Assembly (NCBI GenBank): GCA_965153455.1
Contig: OZ234494.1
Coordinates: 5,456,001 to 5,520,000 of the forward strand
Reading direction: 5' to 3'
From: Sphagnum compactum
Lineage: Eukaryota
Length of the DNA stretch: 64,000 nucleotides
Shown: in pieces, positions 1 to 13,568 of the stretch
Layout of the letters: every line of letters starts with the position of its first letter
Numbering within the stretch: position 1 is the stretch's first letter
The notes under the pieces: model-generated
What the model saw: the letters and a program-made list of their open reading frames with translations, nothing else
Told to the model about the DNA's origin: nothing
Database searches by the model: none
Position numbers and translations under genes: made by a program

Positions 1-1689
1 TCCAAAATATTCCGGAAATTTTCGAAAAAATTCGAAAATTTTAGTGCAAAAATAATTTGGAAACTTGTCAGCAAATTTCTTTGGGGCTCGACTCAAGTGC
101 AAAATTTAGTGCTGTAATTTACAATCATCATATCGAAAGTGCACGCTTTGCGCAATACGTCCATTTCATTTGGTAGCCATTCGCAGCAGTAGGCGGCAGT
201 AGGCGCAAGCTACGAACGTGCTGATAACAGGTTAAACTATCTGTACACCGTGACATCTGTTCGCTACGGACGCACGGACGATTGGGTCGATGATACCACA
301 ACAATAGATTGTGGTAACGCACGTTGCACCTGTGGCAGTACGTAGATGGTAACGAGGATATCTAGAATTGTTACGATTGAATTCGATTGATAAATACGTG
401 GGTGCGCGTGACCTTATTTACCGACAGATGCAGAACTTACTACAAAATTGGAACCCCGTCAGTATTAGTACTAATGAGTAGATATTAGTGGACAAGGTTT
501 AAATTGCTGAATCTACACGTGCACTGATTATGCCGGATATAGCTTGCAAATTGATTAGCCAATTGAAAACCCGCACACGAGCTGTCGTCCAAGGTTTGTG
601 CATTATCTATGCTACAAAAACAGCTGACGTACACGCTTTGACGGACAGCACAATATGCATTTGTGGGGCTGCAGTTCAACGACTTTCCGTTTGTAACAAA
701 GAACGAGCACTATCCTCAACCTCCTGCGGCTGCATTTGGATTTTGCGTTGGCGTAAAAACGGAGCACGAAGTAGCCTAATTAACTGCATCATGATTCCTA
801 CTGCATTGGATTTTCCGTTGGCGACATAAGAGTCGCTCTGATCGACATCACATTGTCAAATTTGTTTTTCTCTTTTGCAGTTGGACTCCAGGAAATGTGC
901 CCAGGGATCGTGCAATTATTATTTAGTAGCCATGGACTACAACCACGTGTTATTTATCATATCATTGCCTAATTTTAGGGTCGTACATAGGAAAAAATTC
1001 TTTTCAAACTTGCATTTTAGGATCAATCAGAGGATACTGAAAAGTTAGCCTCAGCGTTTCATTTGAAGGCAAATTTACGCCAAATTTCAACCTGAAAAAT
1101 AATATTGCGACCTAAGCAAAGAAAATTTCAAGGACAAAATGGCCCAAATTCTCCAGACCAAATTTTTTTTGGATGATGGCCAATTTAACTACATCACAAA
1201 ATCCTTAAAAGAAAACCTGGTTAGCCTCATCAGGCAAGCTGAGTCTTTTTTTGGGGGACCAAAACTCATCAGAAGGCGACACAGTTTTCTCAAAATGGAA
1301 TATTTGGTCACAAGTTTCCTTTTTGAAGAAAATAAATTCACCGACAAGGGTCAGAAAACTGTTTTTTCAGGGACGGTTTTGCAACATTTATGCTTACTGG
1401 CTACAGTTTCAGGGGTTCCTTGAAATAAAGTCGGAAGTTAAGTCAATTTCTGCCTATGGATGCTTGCCACCTGGCTACAAAAGTGAGAAATAGAAAACAC
1501 TGATCAGTCGCTAACAGTGCTCTTATAATTCCGCGTGCAGCAGCAGCAGCGCTCATGATTGATGACAAAAATTCAATTAAACATCACCAGCTTTGCATAG
1601 ATCTAGTATGGCTTTTCAAATCACCTCATGCGTTACGTCCCCAATAGATAATCAATTGAGTTTGAACTTTGAAATCTGAAGATGGAATG

Positions 1690-1880
1690 TGATAATCTTT
1701 GTAGCTTCTGCACGTGTGCGAATATGAGATCATCACACGAGAGCTCAAATTCTCCTAATTTCTTCTAAAGATGGAATATCTTTGCAGCAGCATGTGAGAG
1801 AGATCACACGAGAGTTCAAATTCTCCTAATTTCTTCTAAATATGCACTATCTTTGCAGCAGCATGTTAGAGAGATCACAC
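1690..1880. repeat. Short tandem repeat (~67-70 bp unit, ~2.5-3 copies)
   Basis: Repeated ATCTTTGCAGCAGCATGTGAGAGAGATCACACGAGAGTTCAAATTCTCCTAATTTCTTCTAA; a single copy in duplicate B (~18280-18340). Confidence 0.8.
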
Positions 1881-2734
1881 TAGTGTGCAAATAAATTTAT
1901 CGATTAGGGACCTTAATCACGTGTGGCTAGAGGCCAGACCTGAGTAGCTCATGATATGTATGTACAGAAAAAAATGCATTCTACCCTTTCAAAACGAGTT
2001 TCCAACAATATGAACTCCAACAACTATTGCACACAAAGACGTCCACTAGTATGATATAATTGTAAGGCTTGTCACCTCTTTTTATCACAAGGAGACCATT
2101 CATGTAATTAGTTAGTGGGTTGTCAAAAACCACACTTAGATCTTGCAAAATCTTCACAACATGCAGTCCATCTATCTATTCATTCATACAGCAGCTCCAT
2201 AGCTGTCTCTTGTATGTGGATTATAAATAAAATGGATCAAACTTTTGAATAGATTGAAGGGAGTCTGATTAAATGGGTCATCTGCACTTTCATCTCAAAG
2301 TTCTCTGTGTACGTTCTTAATGTTCACCCTTCAAATCCTCATTCCTACTTATAACTGCAGCTAGGTCATTGGTACTCTTGTTGTTACTGGGACTCAATAT
2401 GCCTATCTTGTGATAAAATTGATCCCCCAGCTGGAGCAATTCTACAAGTCTATATAAATGCATACTCGGAGTCTGGGACACAAATATATGCATGTTATGT
2501 GTTCTGCTGCAACTTTTTGTTTTCATGATAATCTTAAAGTGCATCAGTGCCCTGAGGTTCAGAACTTGAGAAAGAGAGAGCCAGAGATGCTGGAGACTAA
2601 CTAATTTAGCTGCCGGTTCAATGTTCTGGATTGATCAAGCAGCTGCAGCTTGGACTTCATTACCCGCGGGCCGGGAGAGAATTCAGAGACCTCAGAATTC
2701 ACATGATCAGACAGTTTCTAAGTTCTGATAGAAC

Positions 2735-3440
2735 CATTTTGAATGGAACTGAGATCTGTGTACCTAGCTAGCTATATCAGAATCATGGCCAGAGACAAAG
2801 TTCAACATCACGATCTGCATTTCACATTGCAAAATTCAAAAACTGTATAGCTGTGGGGGCTTGCATGACAGCTGCAGTCATGAGTCATGTGTCTTCTTGA
2901 GTTTCTTCTGCACATAAGGAAGATGAAGAAACTGGAAAGCTACTGTGCGAGAGGCATGATCAATCATCTCAGAGCTGTTGCAAAGTCTGATCACTAGTCT
3001 CTTAGCTGCAAACCAAGTCGAAGCAGAACTGTCCAAGACAAATGTCAATCATCTTCTAGCTAGCTAGATAGACAAAGATCTAATGAACAATTCATTTCTC
3101 AGCTGCCTGACTCTTTGAATCTAGTACAAAATTGCCGTCACTAGTATAAAAGAGAATGAAACTGAGATCTGCACCTAACTAGATCAGAATCATGGCCAAC
3201 GACAAGTTCAACATCACCATCATTTCACACTGCAAAATTCAAAAAATGTGGAGTGGGGTATTTGCATTACAGCTGCAGTTGTAAGTCATGTGTTTTCTTG
3301 AGTTTCTTCTGCACATAATGAAGATGAAGAAACTGGAAGCCAAGTCAAAGTTTCTGTCCAGAGCAAATGTCAATCATCTTCGAGCTAGTAGGTCGCTAGA
3401 TAAAGGTCTGATGAAACATTCACCTCTCAACTGGTTGACT
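2735..3440. repeat. Local tandem duplication (~300-400 bp, 2 copies) 3' of the truncated AP2 paralogue
   Basis: ACTGAGATCTG...ATCAGAATCATGGCCA...GAAGATGAAGAAACTGGAA...CAAATGTCAATCATCTTC occurs at ~2745-3100 and ~3160-3440; a single copy at ~18975-19340. Confidence 0.8.
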
Positions 3441-3687
3441 CTTCCCTAGCCCTTGGAGATCGTTCTGAAACCGACCTACAGCACTCCCAGGGAACCTACT
3501 TATTGCAAATGTTTTTTCTGTGTTTTCCTTCAGATTTTCCAATTTTTTGATTTTCCAACCTGCATCAGTCATGACACAAAATTCCTCAAGATATGGACCT
3601 GTCCAGAGCCCACTTCCCGAAATCCAGCATTGCAGCGGATGGGTACTTCTTCGCATCATGAACTATAGCATACACTTTCGGGTGGAG

Positions 3688-4741
3688 TCACGCATTCCCG
3701 TTGTTGTTGGGACCATCTTCATGTGGGCGCAGAGTTTCGCAATCTTCCAGCTGAATACACAAACCACAGACATGAATCATCAGCTTATGATCCCGAAAAC
3801 CCGAAAGACATGAAGAGGAGAATCATGAATTGAATCGTGAGCATTCACACCTGGAATATTGCATCTGCAATTCCAGCTTCAACAACAGTGCCATCTGCTC
3901 CTTCTGCAACGTTTGCAGTTTGCGCATGGTATTCTGTCCACACCAAAACACAGAATATGTGAGCGAAAGAAGTTGCTAATCATCTGCACTCAGTCGCACA
4001 CCTATGATTCTGACATTTTAAGTTGCTGGCCGTGTTTTACATAGAGAATCTCATCATGGGACCACCCACAACCTGAAGACAAGCATGAATATCTGGAAAG
4101 GCCTCCTGCACTAGGAGTTGCAGCTTGTACATACAATACACCCACTGGGATTTGAAGGAAGAAATGTATTTACCAAGGGCAGCTTGCTGTGTAATAGTGG
4201 CCAGCAGATGCAGAATATGAACATCTACAGCCAGACGCATGTTGTATTCCTCTATAGATTCCCTGTGTAACGCACTGCAGCACAAATCATTCCATCCAGA
4301 AATGAAGCATCTTGGAACTCCAGCTGAAGCTCAGAGATTCAGATTCCCAGAACATGAGTGTGAGTTCACAACCAAAATTCTCAAAGAATCTGATGATGAG
4401 CAGCAACATGGGTGATGGGATCTTAGATTCTTATACCTGACTACCAAGCGCCACCCCGGCAAGTTCCTGCGTGTGTAATGATGCAGAAGTGGTGGAGGAG
4501 GAAGAGGAGGCATTGACACCAATGCGTGGACAATGTCAAGCCAAAACAGGTCAGGCGGCGGCGGCGGCATCTGACCCATCAGTGGTTGCGGCGTCCCGGG
4601 GATTGCGGGGATTGGAACCCTGGTGGGAGTCTCTGCAGCTGCTGAGAGCACTGGAGGAGGATTCTGGTCCTCTGCGGCTTCTACTTGCATACCCTCATCA
4701 GCTGACCCTGCAGGAAGCTTGTTGAGGTTGGAGTGAGCCAT
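3688..4741 (-). CDS. Truncated paralogue of the euAP2-like gene lacking the AP2 DNA-binding cores; exons 4741-4437, 4274-4174, 3933-3851, 3750-3688 (552 nt, 183 aa)
   Basis: N-terminus MAHSNLNKLPAGSADEGMQVEAAEDQNPPP matches MAHFNLNKLPLAAAADEEVQVEAAEDQNPPP. Exon 1 ends at AG|GTATAAGAATCTAAGATCCCATC, homologous to the intron-6 donor of the full gene (AG|GTATACGAATCTAAGATCCCATC). The downstream exons keep splice sites, phase and the same stop (GNA*). It could be a young pseudogene. Confidence 0.7.
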
Positions 4742-7700
4742 CTTGTTTCTTTCTTGTTTGGGAGCAACTTGACAGCGATGAGATGAGCACGAAAGCTTAC
4801 GGATATTCCAGCGAGACTACTAGAGAAGCAAGCTGCAAATCGTGTAGAAGCGAACTTGTCTATCTATCTGTGAGAAACCAAAAGAAAGTACTAGCTCAAG
4901 AAACTTTGCGAAATACGAAACCCTGAACGATCAGAAAGGATGATAGGGAAACACAAGCAAAGGAGGTAAGTCTAGCGAAAGACTTGTAAGGAAAGAAAGA
5001 AGATCGGGAAACAAACAAAAGAGTCGAAAGAGAAAGAGAAATGAAGCACAAGCAAAGGAGGCAAGAGCGAAAGACGAGCGAAGAAGGAAGGACGATCGGG
5101 AAAAGAAACGAAGGAGTGCAGAGCGAGAGCGAGAGAGACAATGGAAGTTCCGGATGTACAAAGGAAACAAGAGGAAACATGAGGAAACAAAGAGGTTTGT
5201 GTTTCCCATATAAATAGGTAAAGTGTACAAGCCATTTGGTTTTACTGCTGGTGAACAGGGGTTTCTATTGCTCAATTTTGTCATATAAAAAACTTTGCCC
5301 AATTTTTTCGAAAAAAATTTAGCAAAATTTGTTGAATTTACTCTTTTAAAGAAACAACAAGATTTCCAAAATGTTCCCAATTCCTTTGTCTAAAAATCAT
5401 CAAATTTTTCGAACATAAAAGCATTGTTGCAATTTACCCTTTATTCTAAAAAAGTTTTCAAAGTTTTCAAGATTTTTTTTTTTCGTCCCGAAAAAGTTTC
5501 ACCACATTTTCACTGACTCTTTAGTGCATTAGGACATTTCATAAATTTTCTACTGTTTGATCAATTTTGTAAAACCTCTTGCCAATATACTTTAAATCTT
5601 TTGTGGGATGCACACTAAGAACTAGTGTTTTTTTTTCTCTTTTTTCCACTTTGTGATGGTGCCACATTGGCCATCATCCACAACTTAGGAGATTTAGCCA
5701 CATTTGGATATAGACCAACCACCAAAGTAGAAAATGTATGAAAATATTTTTATATACTGGTTATTCAAGCTGATCAGCATTTATTTTTGGTTTGTTAATT
5801 TTTTTCATCCTGATCATGTCAAAAGGTAAAATCATTGGGCATATATGCATTTCCATGTTTTGCAATGTACATGGTCATGATTAACCTATAAAATTTTATA
5901 GTGACTAATGGTTGAACATGTTTTTGTTTGGCATATTTTAATGTTCATAACATTAACTGTCTTGAACAATTTATTTTACCACTTCTTCTTGAAATACCTT
6001 TAGATTTAATGGTGAATTGCCATCGTAAGCATGCTTTGAATATTTTGTAACAGCTCTCGATTGGTTTAATGCTATCTTTATTAACTTTCTTTTGTAGGTT
6101 GTTTGAAAATGTTTGGGTGCATGGTTTGCAATGTGAATTGCTCAAGTAATTGTCTTTCTCCACTTTGAAATGTATCCCAGTTGTGTAAGTATTTTCATTT
6201 ACCCTACATTTACCTAATTATACCCATGCATGGCGTGGATACTGTAAATAATGAAATTTTTTTTTAACTTGTCTTATTTTTTGAAATAGTAAACATCCTT
6301 CATTTACCTTTCTTGCTACTTGAATTGATCATTTTGCAAAGCTTAATATTATTCTTACCTTAATTACTCAGCTTGGAAAATTGAAGTTTAAATAAACTTT
6401 TATCCATTTTCATCTACTTCTCATCAATTTTGTAAAAGTTAAACATTTATGCAAGTAGATCCAATTGAAATACATATTAAAGATGTGGTTCTTCAATTTT
6501 ACTATAATAAAATACATTTTATTCGTATATTAATCATTGCACTATATAATATTTTCTACTTTCAATTCACCGCCATTTCATTATGACTATTTGTCAGTTT
6601 TTGGGACAACGAACAAAAACTATTTACTTTACCATGTTTTTTGCCTTTGCCAATTTTCAACCTGGTGAATATTAAATAATCTTAATCAATTATTGACTTT
6701 TGACCTGGTTATCAAGTTGGTTATCAATTTTTAAACACTTATACAAAATAAATAAACAAACATAAATAATAATATTTTAATTTAATTTTTTTTAAAACCT
6801 TGTAACCAGCTAATAATTGACATGATAACAAATGGTTGTTGATAGGTTATTGTATAATTTACCCTTATGCATAATTGACAACTGTTATTTGTTTGAAAAA
6901 TATTATTATTGATAACCTGTGTGGTTTTAATTATTTTTAAAAAAAAATTGTACGTGGTGGTTTTAAAAAAACAAAAACTCACCAACATTCATATTAACAT
7001 TCTAAAAATTGGAAAAAAAAAGTTTTAGAGGGTTTAATCACCAAATTTCACCCAAAAACTTAATGAAGTCATCTGATTTTGGGAAAATGAAAATAAAAAT
7101 AAAAATAAAAATTTCAAGATTTCTATGTCAGGTTCCAATAGGTACTGTAACATAGAAGGATGCTTTAAAAAAAAACTTTGGCTAAATCTTTTCATGGAAG
7201 AATGCCACTTCAATATGTCACAAACAAAAAAAGGCAAACCTTGAATATTAATGTCACATTAGGAGTTCGATTGTTTTGCTAACTAAATAAAAGCAGATCC
7301 ACCCGCACCCAATACGATTTTGAGCCTCTACCTGTATCTAGTGTTGGGTTGCTATAATAATTTTAACACATCAGTCAGGCCAGGGTGAAATTCAAAAAAT
7401 GTATGAGGTGGGTGACGGTATATAAATTTCAACAAATTTCCAAACTATGAATAAGGGCATGTAACCTTTCCAAAATTATTGTTTTGAATAAGCTAAAAAA
7501 GATGAAAAATATTTACCCTATTCACATGGTATTGGTTGTAAATATTTTTTTCATTTACCCTAGGTTTAGCATTTGGGTATAAATGAATCGATTTAAGCGA
7601 AATCAAAATATATACACAACTATGGCATATTGCTAAAAGGAAAAAGATAGCCCCTATTGCAATTGGCATTGCAAATTACAAATTACTCTCCCTTGGGAAA

Positions 7701-8087
7701 GGTGAACCTAAAATATACATGCCATCAAAATGGTAATAGTGTAAGTCTGAAATGTTTACCAATTGGCTAGGGTAATAAAAAAGGAAGCAAGAAAATTTTA
7801 CAAGGTGCATAGTCTATATATTTACCCTTGTATAAATTGCAACAATATGCAGGTCAAAATAACTTACCTACCCCACAATCATGTCTGTCACATCCAAAAT
7901 AGTGAGCACAAAAAAGAGCTAGTAAATTAATATATGTCCTTTTGATTTGCACCATGTCGAGTCATTGTTAGAACCGTATTAGTGGTAGTGATGGGGATCA
8001 ATTTGCACTCCACAGGTTATGAAAGTTATCTGTAAAATTACCCTCTCTTTCAGTGGTATCTATTAAATCTAAGTATGAAATACTGAG

Positions 8088-8418
8088 ACCCAGCATTCAA
8101 TGCACAAGGTTTGAGAGTATTTATAGTAGTTGCACAAGTAGAAGCAGTGAAAATATATGTAGCAGCAGAATCCCAGCATTTAATGCACAAGGTTTGAGAG
8201 TAATTATAGTAGTTGCACAAGTAGAAGCAGTGAAAATATATGTAGCAGCAGAAACCCAGCATTTAATGCACAAGGTTTGAGAATAATTATAGTAGTTGCA
8301 CAAGTAGAAGCAGTGAAAATATATGTAGCAGCAGAAACCCAGCATTTAATGCACAAGGTTTGAGAGTAATTATAGTAGTTGCACAAGTAGAAGCAGTGAA
8401 AATATATGTAGCAGCAGT
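8088..8418. repeat. Minisatellite, ~83-bp unit x4
   Basis: CCCAGCATTTAATGCACAAGGTTTGAGAGTAATTATAGTAGTTGCACAAGTAGAAGCAGTGAAAATATATGTAGCAGCAGAAA repeated four times, nearly identical. Confidence 0.95.
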
Positions 8419-9479
8419 GAAGGAGCTCAGGAAAAATGAAAGACAGGATGAAACTTAGTTTACCACCAAAATTGATGTAAAAAATTATTTTGGTGAAAAA
8501 TTAGTTTGGGTCCTCATTATTTTGTTTTGTAAAATTTTCATTCCCAATTATACGTTTGATGCCCTGTTATGCCAAAACTTGTTGTTCTCGCCCCATAATC
8601 CTATGACTTTAGGGATAACTCTGATCTTGCGTCTTTTTTGAGTTAAGATTCAACACATTATCAGTGAAGGAGTAAAATTATAGAATATCTTAATAAATAT
8701 CAAGCTTCAATTTGCATTGCACAGTAACCAAGGATTTCTCCCACAATTGCCAAACGATCCAAAGATTTTTTTTCTTTTGCTTCTTTCCCCTCTTCCTGTA
8801 TGTTTACTTGTGGATCTATGGGGTTAGTCCATCAAGGCAACCAAGGTTTTCAATAAATCATGTGTAAATAAGTAATTCAACTTTTTTTTTGGAATGACAT
8901 TGGAATTTGGTAGGTGCCTATCCGAAAACCCCTTTGCACTAACATAGTTGGGCACTTTGTAAAAAGCATGTACACATAAGTACATGATTAAGTTTTAAAA
9001 AAATGAGAATGCAAAACACCAAACCCCCCAAAGCAGTGATTGTTTTCAAATTTCAAATGTTGTGCCATTGGCTTAGCATCCCAAGAGGGATTTAGCATTA
9101 AATGGCGACAAGTTTTTTTGAACCTGTCTAAACATTCAAAACTGCTACCAATTGAAAGCAGGTTTCAAATGTGGCCCAAAAACAATTTTAACTTTTCTTT
9201 TCAAGAAACTGGAACCATTTTATTTCTATTTTTTGCATTTTGGCGAAATTTTGCACCAGAAGAAAAAACTGTCCATAAGGCTTCCTTTATGTATAACATT
9301 TCCCTAACTTTTTCTTTGGTGTCTGCAGGTACCATCCAGTGAAGTTTTTTCCAACAAAAGAAATTTCCGAATTTTTGGAAATAATGTTTTTAAGGTGTAA
9401 ATTTGACTAATTTTACTCAAATTAATCTAAATTGTAGCAAAATTAGTCAATTTTACACTTCAAAAATATTTTTCCAAAA

Positions 9480-9632
9480 ATTTGGCCAAAATATCACAAA
9501 TTTTTTTTTAAATGTGTTTCAAAAAATTTCATGTGTTTCAAAATGTGTTTCAAAAATTTTCATGTGTTTCAAAATATCACAAATTTTTTTTAAAATGTGT
9601 TTCAAAAATTTTCATGTGTTTCAAAATTTCAT
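9480..9632. repeat. Low-complexity tandem repeat (ATGTGTTTCAAAA units)
   Basis: Repeated ATGTGTTTCAAAAATTTTC. Confidence 0.85.
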
Positions 9633-11311
9633 GGCAGAGCCCACTCATGGTGTTTCCTTTGTTGGTGTGTAAAATTGTAGCAAAAGAGCAAATGATACAA
9701 ACCACAAGTATATGTGCATGTAAAAATTTGACACGATGAGAAGTTGATAAGTAGGCTGAATTTTATGGTTAAGGATTAATTTTAATTAGTTGTTGAACTC
9801 CATAGCTTTACAAACACTTGTTTTAATTTAAATTTTAGCATTGAAGAGTGTGTACATGAATTTGGACCTGATTTTTGAACTGGCATGGAGCTTGTTGAAT
9901 TTGAAACAATATGTAACATCCAAAACCAAAGGCTTTAAAATTTGGAAAAACCGTGTTGAAACCCTCAATGTTTAGGAAACCTCCACATAAATTTTGAATG
10001 TCAAAAGTGGGACTGGACATTCTGTTCAAAGAAAGAACCACACAACACTAGACCAAACCCTCACCAGAAGTTAGAATAGATATATTGGCATCTAACTGGT
10101 GAAGGTCAAAATTTGAAAGACCCAGCCCCTGCTTTACTTTTGCAAAAAGTTTAACCAGCAACCAACCAGTTGTTCTTTCATGAAACCCAATGGTTCTTTG
10201 AGGTTTGTGAAATACCTGAAGCAGGCGATTCTTTTGATTTGGATTTTTTCAAATACCCAGAACTGGCCAATTCTTTGATTCTGTTTTCTTAAAAAGGTAC
10301 CCTGAACAGGCAGTTCTTTCAAAAATCAAAGAACCGCCCGACACTGGAAATTATGGTCCACCTTCCATCTGTGTGCTGGTGAGTGTTGGTTCACTGTGGG
10401 TCTTTATCTGCTGGAAGACTCCAGGGAAGAGATGCAATGCTGGAAGAACAGACCAAACCATGAGCACGGACATCAGTGTTATTTCTTCCTGGTGAGATTT
10501 CGCCATTTTTTGACAAATAAATTCTGAAAATTATGTTTTGCAAGTGTGAATTTGATTAGTTTTGCTATTTTTGGGTGAAATTTCGCAAAAATTTTGATAC
10601 CCAAAAAATGAAAAAAAAACACCGAACGACATGCAAAGTGTTGTTGCCAACTCGAGCTCTACCCAGAATAGAGATCTGCTTTGTTTTTTTCCCCTTTTCT
10701 TCTGTTGATACCCATTGTCTGTGATGCCTTGTTTTTTTTGCCCTTTTCTTCTGCTGATACCCATTGGGGATCACAGGCAAAAAAAGAAAAAATTGGGGAA
10801 ATTATTTTAATAATTGGAATGGCTGCTGGAGCAGACATTCTGTTTCTGGAGATTTCCCCTCCCAAACAGCTAGGTAACTTGGGCTCCAAGTACGCTACGA
10901 AAATTGGAGCAGGTCTTTCAATAAAATGCAAATAAATCATAGATAAAGACGAGGACAATTGCCTGTTCTTACAATGATTATCCCCATTTCTAGTTTAGTA
11001 CAGTTTCATAAAAGCTTTAGCATAAGTCTGGAGCTATGATTGTATATTCATCAGTAAAGTACAACAGACCTGTATAGTTGTTATGTTCAAATCCTTCAAA
11101 ATAAGTGATGTTAATCATGATGAAGCATGGCATTCAAATAATTTGGAGCATGGGTATTCTTTTCAATTCTGTGGGTGAATTTTGCAAAAACCCAGAAAGT
11201 TAATGAAAACTGTAGTGCAAAACAGACTTGTCCAGAATTTCCTCCAAAAACATTTGCCAGCTGGTTGCCAAAATTTGCCACAGAAATAAAAATCTGATTG
11301 GGAGTACAAAC

Positions 11312-11592
11312 CATTGTTGGAGGCTCTTAGAATTTTTTAAGAATTGCCGGTTCGGGTTTTTGAAATGTTACAGACTCAAAGAACCACCAGTTCCTCTTCT
11401 TTGAAAAAATTTAAATTAAAGAACCAGTGATTTTCATGAAAGTACTGGCAAAGAACTTGGGATTCTTTTGTCTTGTTCGGTGACTTTTTTCAGATTTGTT
11501 AGGGAATTTTTATATAACTGACAAGTAAATGTCTATATACCCAGGAGTAACTAGTGGGTATTTTTCCTGATTTTAAGAACCACCAAACACTA
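11312..11592. mobile_element. hAT-type MITE
   Basis: Degenerate TIR CATTGTTGGAGGCTCTT / AAGAACCACCAAACACTA; 8-bp TSD GTACAAAC/GTGCAAAC (7/8). Confidence 0.6.
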
Positions 11593-11856
11593 GTGCAAAC
11601 TATCAATTAAAAGAATTTTTGTGCAGAGTGTGAGACCAAACTTTTGTGGCTGTTGAAGGGTGAAAGTAAATAGGAATAACTTGGGTCAATAAAAAGTCGT
11701 CTCCAGACCAAAGGAAAATTTGTTATCCCTCTCGCAGGCACAGTGACATTCATAACATTGTAAATCATGCAGCATATTGTGTTGTGTAGGGTAAAGCTCT
11801 AAGTTGGGGTATTCCTAAAATAATGGGCATATGACCAGTGCTAGCCTGTTTTCATC

Positions 11857-12647
11857 CAGTGTTGGGCGGTTCTCAAACTGGCTCTCAGGCCGGTTTTTGA
11901 AATGAGAATCGGTTGAGACTTGTACATGTGAGAACTGGATAGAGAACCGAATCCAAGTTATGAGATGCACAATAAACGGTCATGAGAATCGCCTCCCACG
12001 TTGTTTTCAAAAAGTTGGAGAACGGAACAGGTTCCCTGCTGGAACCTAAATTCTCTCAAAGGTATGGATACACTTAAGTCTCTTAAACGAGAGTTGGTGT
12101 AAACAGGCAGGGCCTGACAGACGGCGCAAGTAAAGTATCATTCATGACAGCTACTGCTGCCCGACCTCATTAATACAACACTTTTCCTCATTAAATTCTC
12201 CCTCTCCTTCGCTCCATTACTCCCCTGGGTTCATACTGTTCATTGTACCCAGTTCCCAGCAACCTTCTCCTCCAAGCAAAGCAAGCAACCTACAGCACTC
12301 ACCCATAAGACTTCCCCTCCACCTCCTCCCCCGCCCCCAAACACACAACTCTCCTTCACTCTAATTGGGAATTATAATTTGGAAAGGAAAGAAAATGAAA
12401 GAAAAAAAAAAAAAATCAAATTCGTCACATTTTTACTTCCTTGCATTTTGCATTAGATAACTGGATTGGGAGAACCGGGTTTAAAACCTGGTTGTTATTT
12501 TATTTGTGAGAACCGGTATGTCTAAGAATCAAACAAAATGAAAATGTTAAAAAATTTGATATGGTCCAGTCCAGTTCTCACTGACTGGTAAAATAAAATA
12601 AAATTCAAGAACCATTCTCAAAATTTGGTGAGAACCGCCCAACACTG
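11857..12647. mobile_element. hAT-type non-autonomous element
   Basis: Perfect 19-bp TIR CAGTGTTGGGCGGTTCTCA / TGAGAACCGCCCAACACTG; subterminal GAGAACC repeats; TSD degenerate. Confidence 0.8.
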
Positions 12648-13568
12648 GTTGGATCCTGAACTTTTATAACCCATGGGTTTTAACCCTTCAATGTGCACCA
12701 GGCAAATGTTATAAAATATATATAGATCACAAGTTGTAGGAGAGTGACCTTCTTACTCTGTAAGATCTCTCCTCTTTTATTAAGAGAGATATTCATGATC
12801 AAAGATGACTGCCAATTACACTACAAATTATCTCCAACTGCTTTTCACTTATTGCCACTCAGCCCGCTCAGGGTCCTCTTTTCAATTTTGTGACATAAAG
12901 AATTTATGAATCTTTCCAAAATCTAGCAAAATTAGTTGAGTTTACACTATTAGAAAAAGACAATCCCAATCTTTGTGTCGACATGGCAACAAAACATTTG
13001 GAAAAAAACACTTATTCCAATGAAGTTGCACAAGCAACAATAAGACTATCTCGAAGAAACAGGTATCTAATGGTCTGGCTGTTGAGGCAGTTTAGAGGGG
13101 TGGAAGTGGGAGGTGGGCAAAACTTCAGATGATTCCACAGTACAAATTGTCCCTGCATTCATTGTCATTATACAGGGAACTTTTGATGAGGTCGTTTAAT
13201 GTACATTGTAACTCATGTTATGTCACCCCTCACCTAACTACTTCAATGCCAACATTGGAAACTCTTAGGTTTGTTACAGAGTACATGTCTTATGGATTAT
13301 TGAGAGTTTAGGATGCCCCAGCCATGATGGCCTGACCAAGAACAATTTTTGTCAGTTCTGGGTTCTAATCCAGTTTCCAAGACAAGTTTTGGGGAACTTG
13401 GAAATTGCAACCTTTTACATTCTAGATAGTAGAGAATTGTCACTAGAACAGAGCAAAAGAATTGGCCACTGGTTAAAACCAGTGTGGGGAGGGTATTTCT
13501 TTTTCCATGGGGTATTAATTGGGTATCAGATCGAATATATATGCATATATGCCTGTCAGATTTAACAC

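Larger units (their letters stand above)
95..9730 (+). repeat. Segmental duplication copy A (paralogous to ~17040-27850)
   Basis: Collinear shared blocks, e.g. GATTAGCCAATTGAA (554/17535), GACTCCAGGAAATG (884/17917), the AP2 gene 3' exons, and TTCCTTTGTTGGTGTGTAAAA...GATACAAACCACA (~9655/~27765). Confidence 0.9.

Noticed and set aside
2250-2340. GATTGAAGGGAG (miR159/319-like 12-mer) with a partial complement CCCTTCAAATC downstream
   Set aside because: Only a 12-nt match with a poor stem and the wrong arm geometry, and I could not find it in duplicate B.
4385-4405. AGAATCTGATGATGAGCAGCA resembles miR172 (so a target-like site on the gene strand)
   Set aside because: It lies in a predicted intron, has a deletion in the seed region and a mismatched 3' part, and is not conserved in the paralogous intron (~20295).
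8088-8418. Regularly spaced repeats that could suggest a CRISPR array
   Set aside because: Head-to-tail units with no unique spacers, no cas genes and a eukaryotic context.
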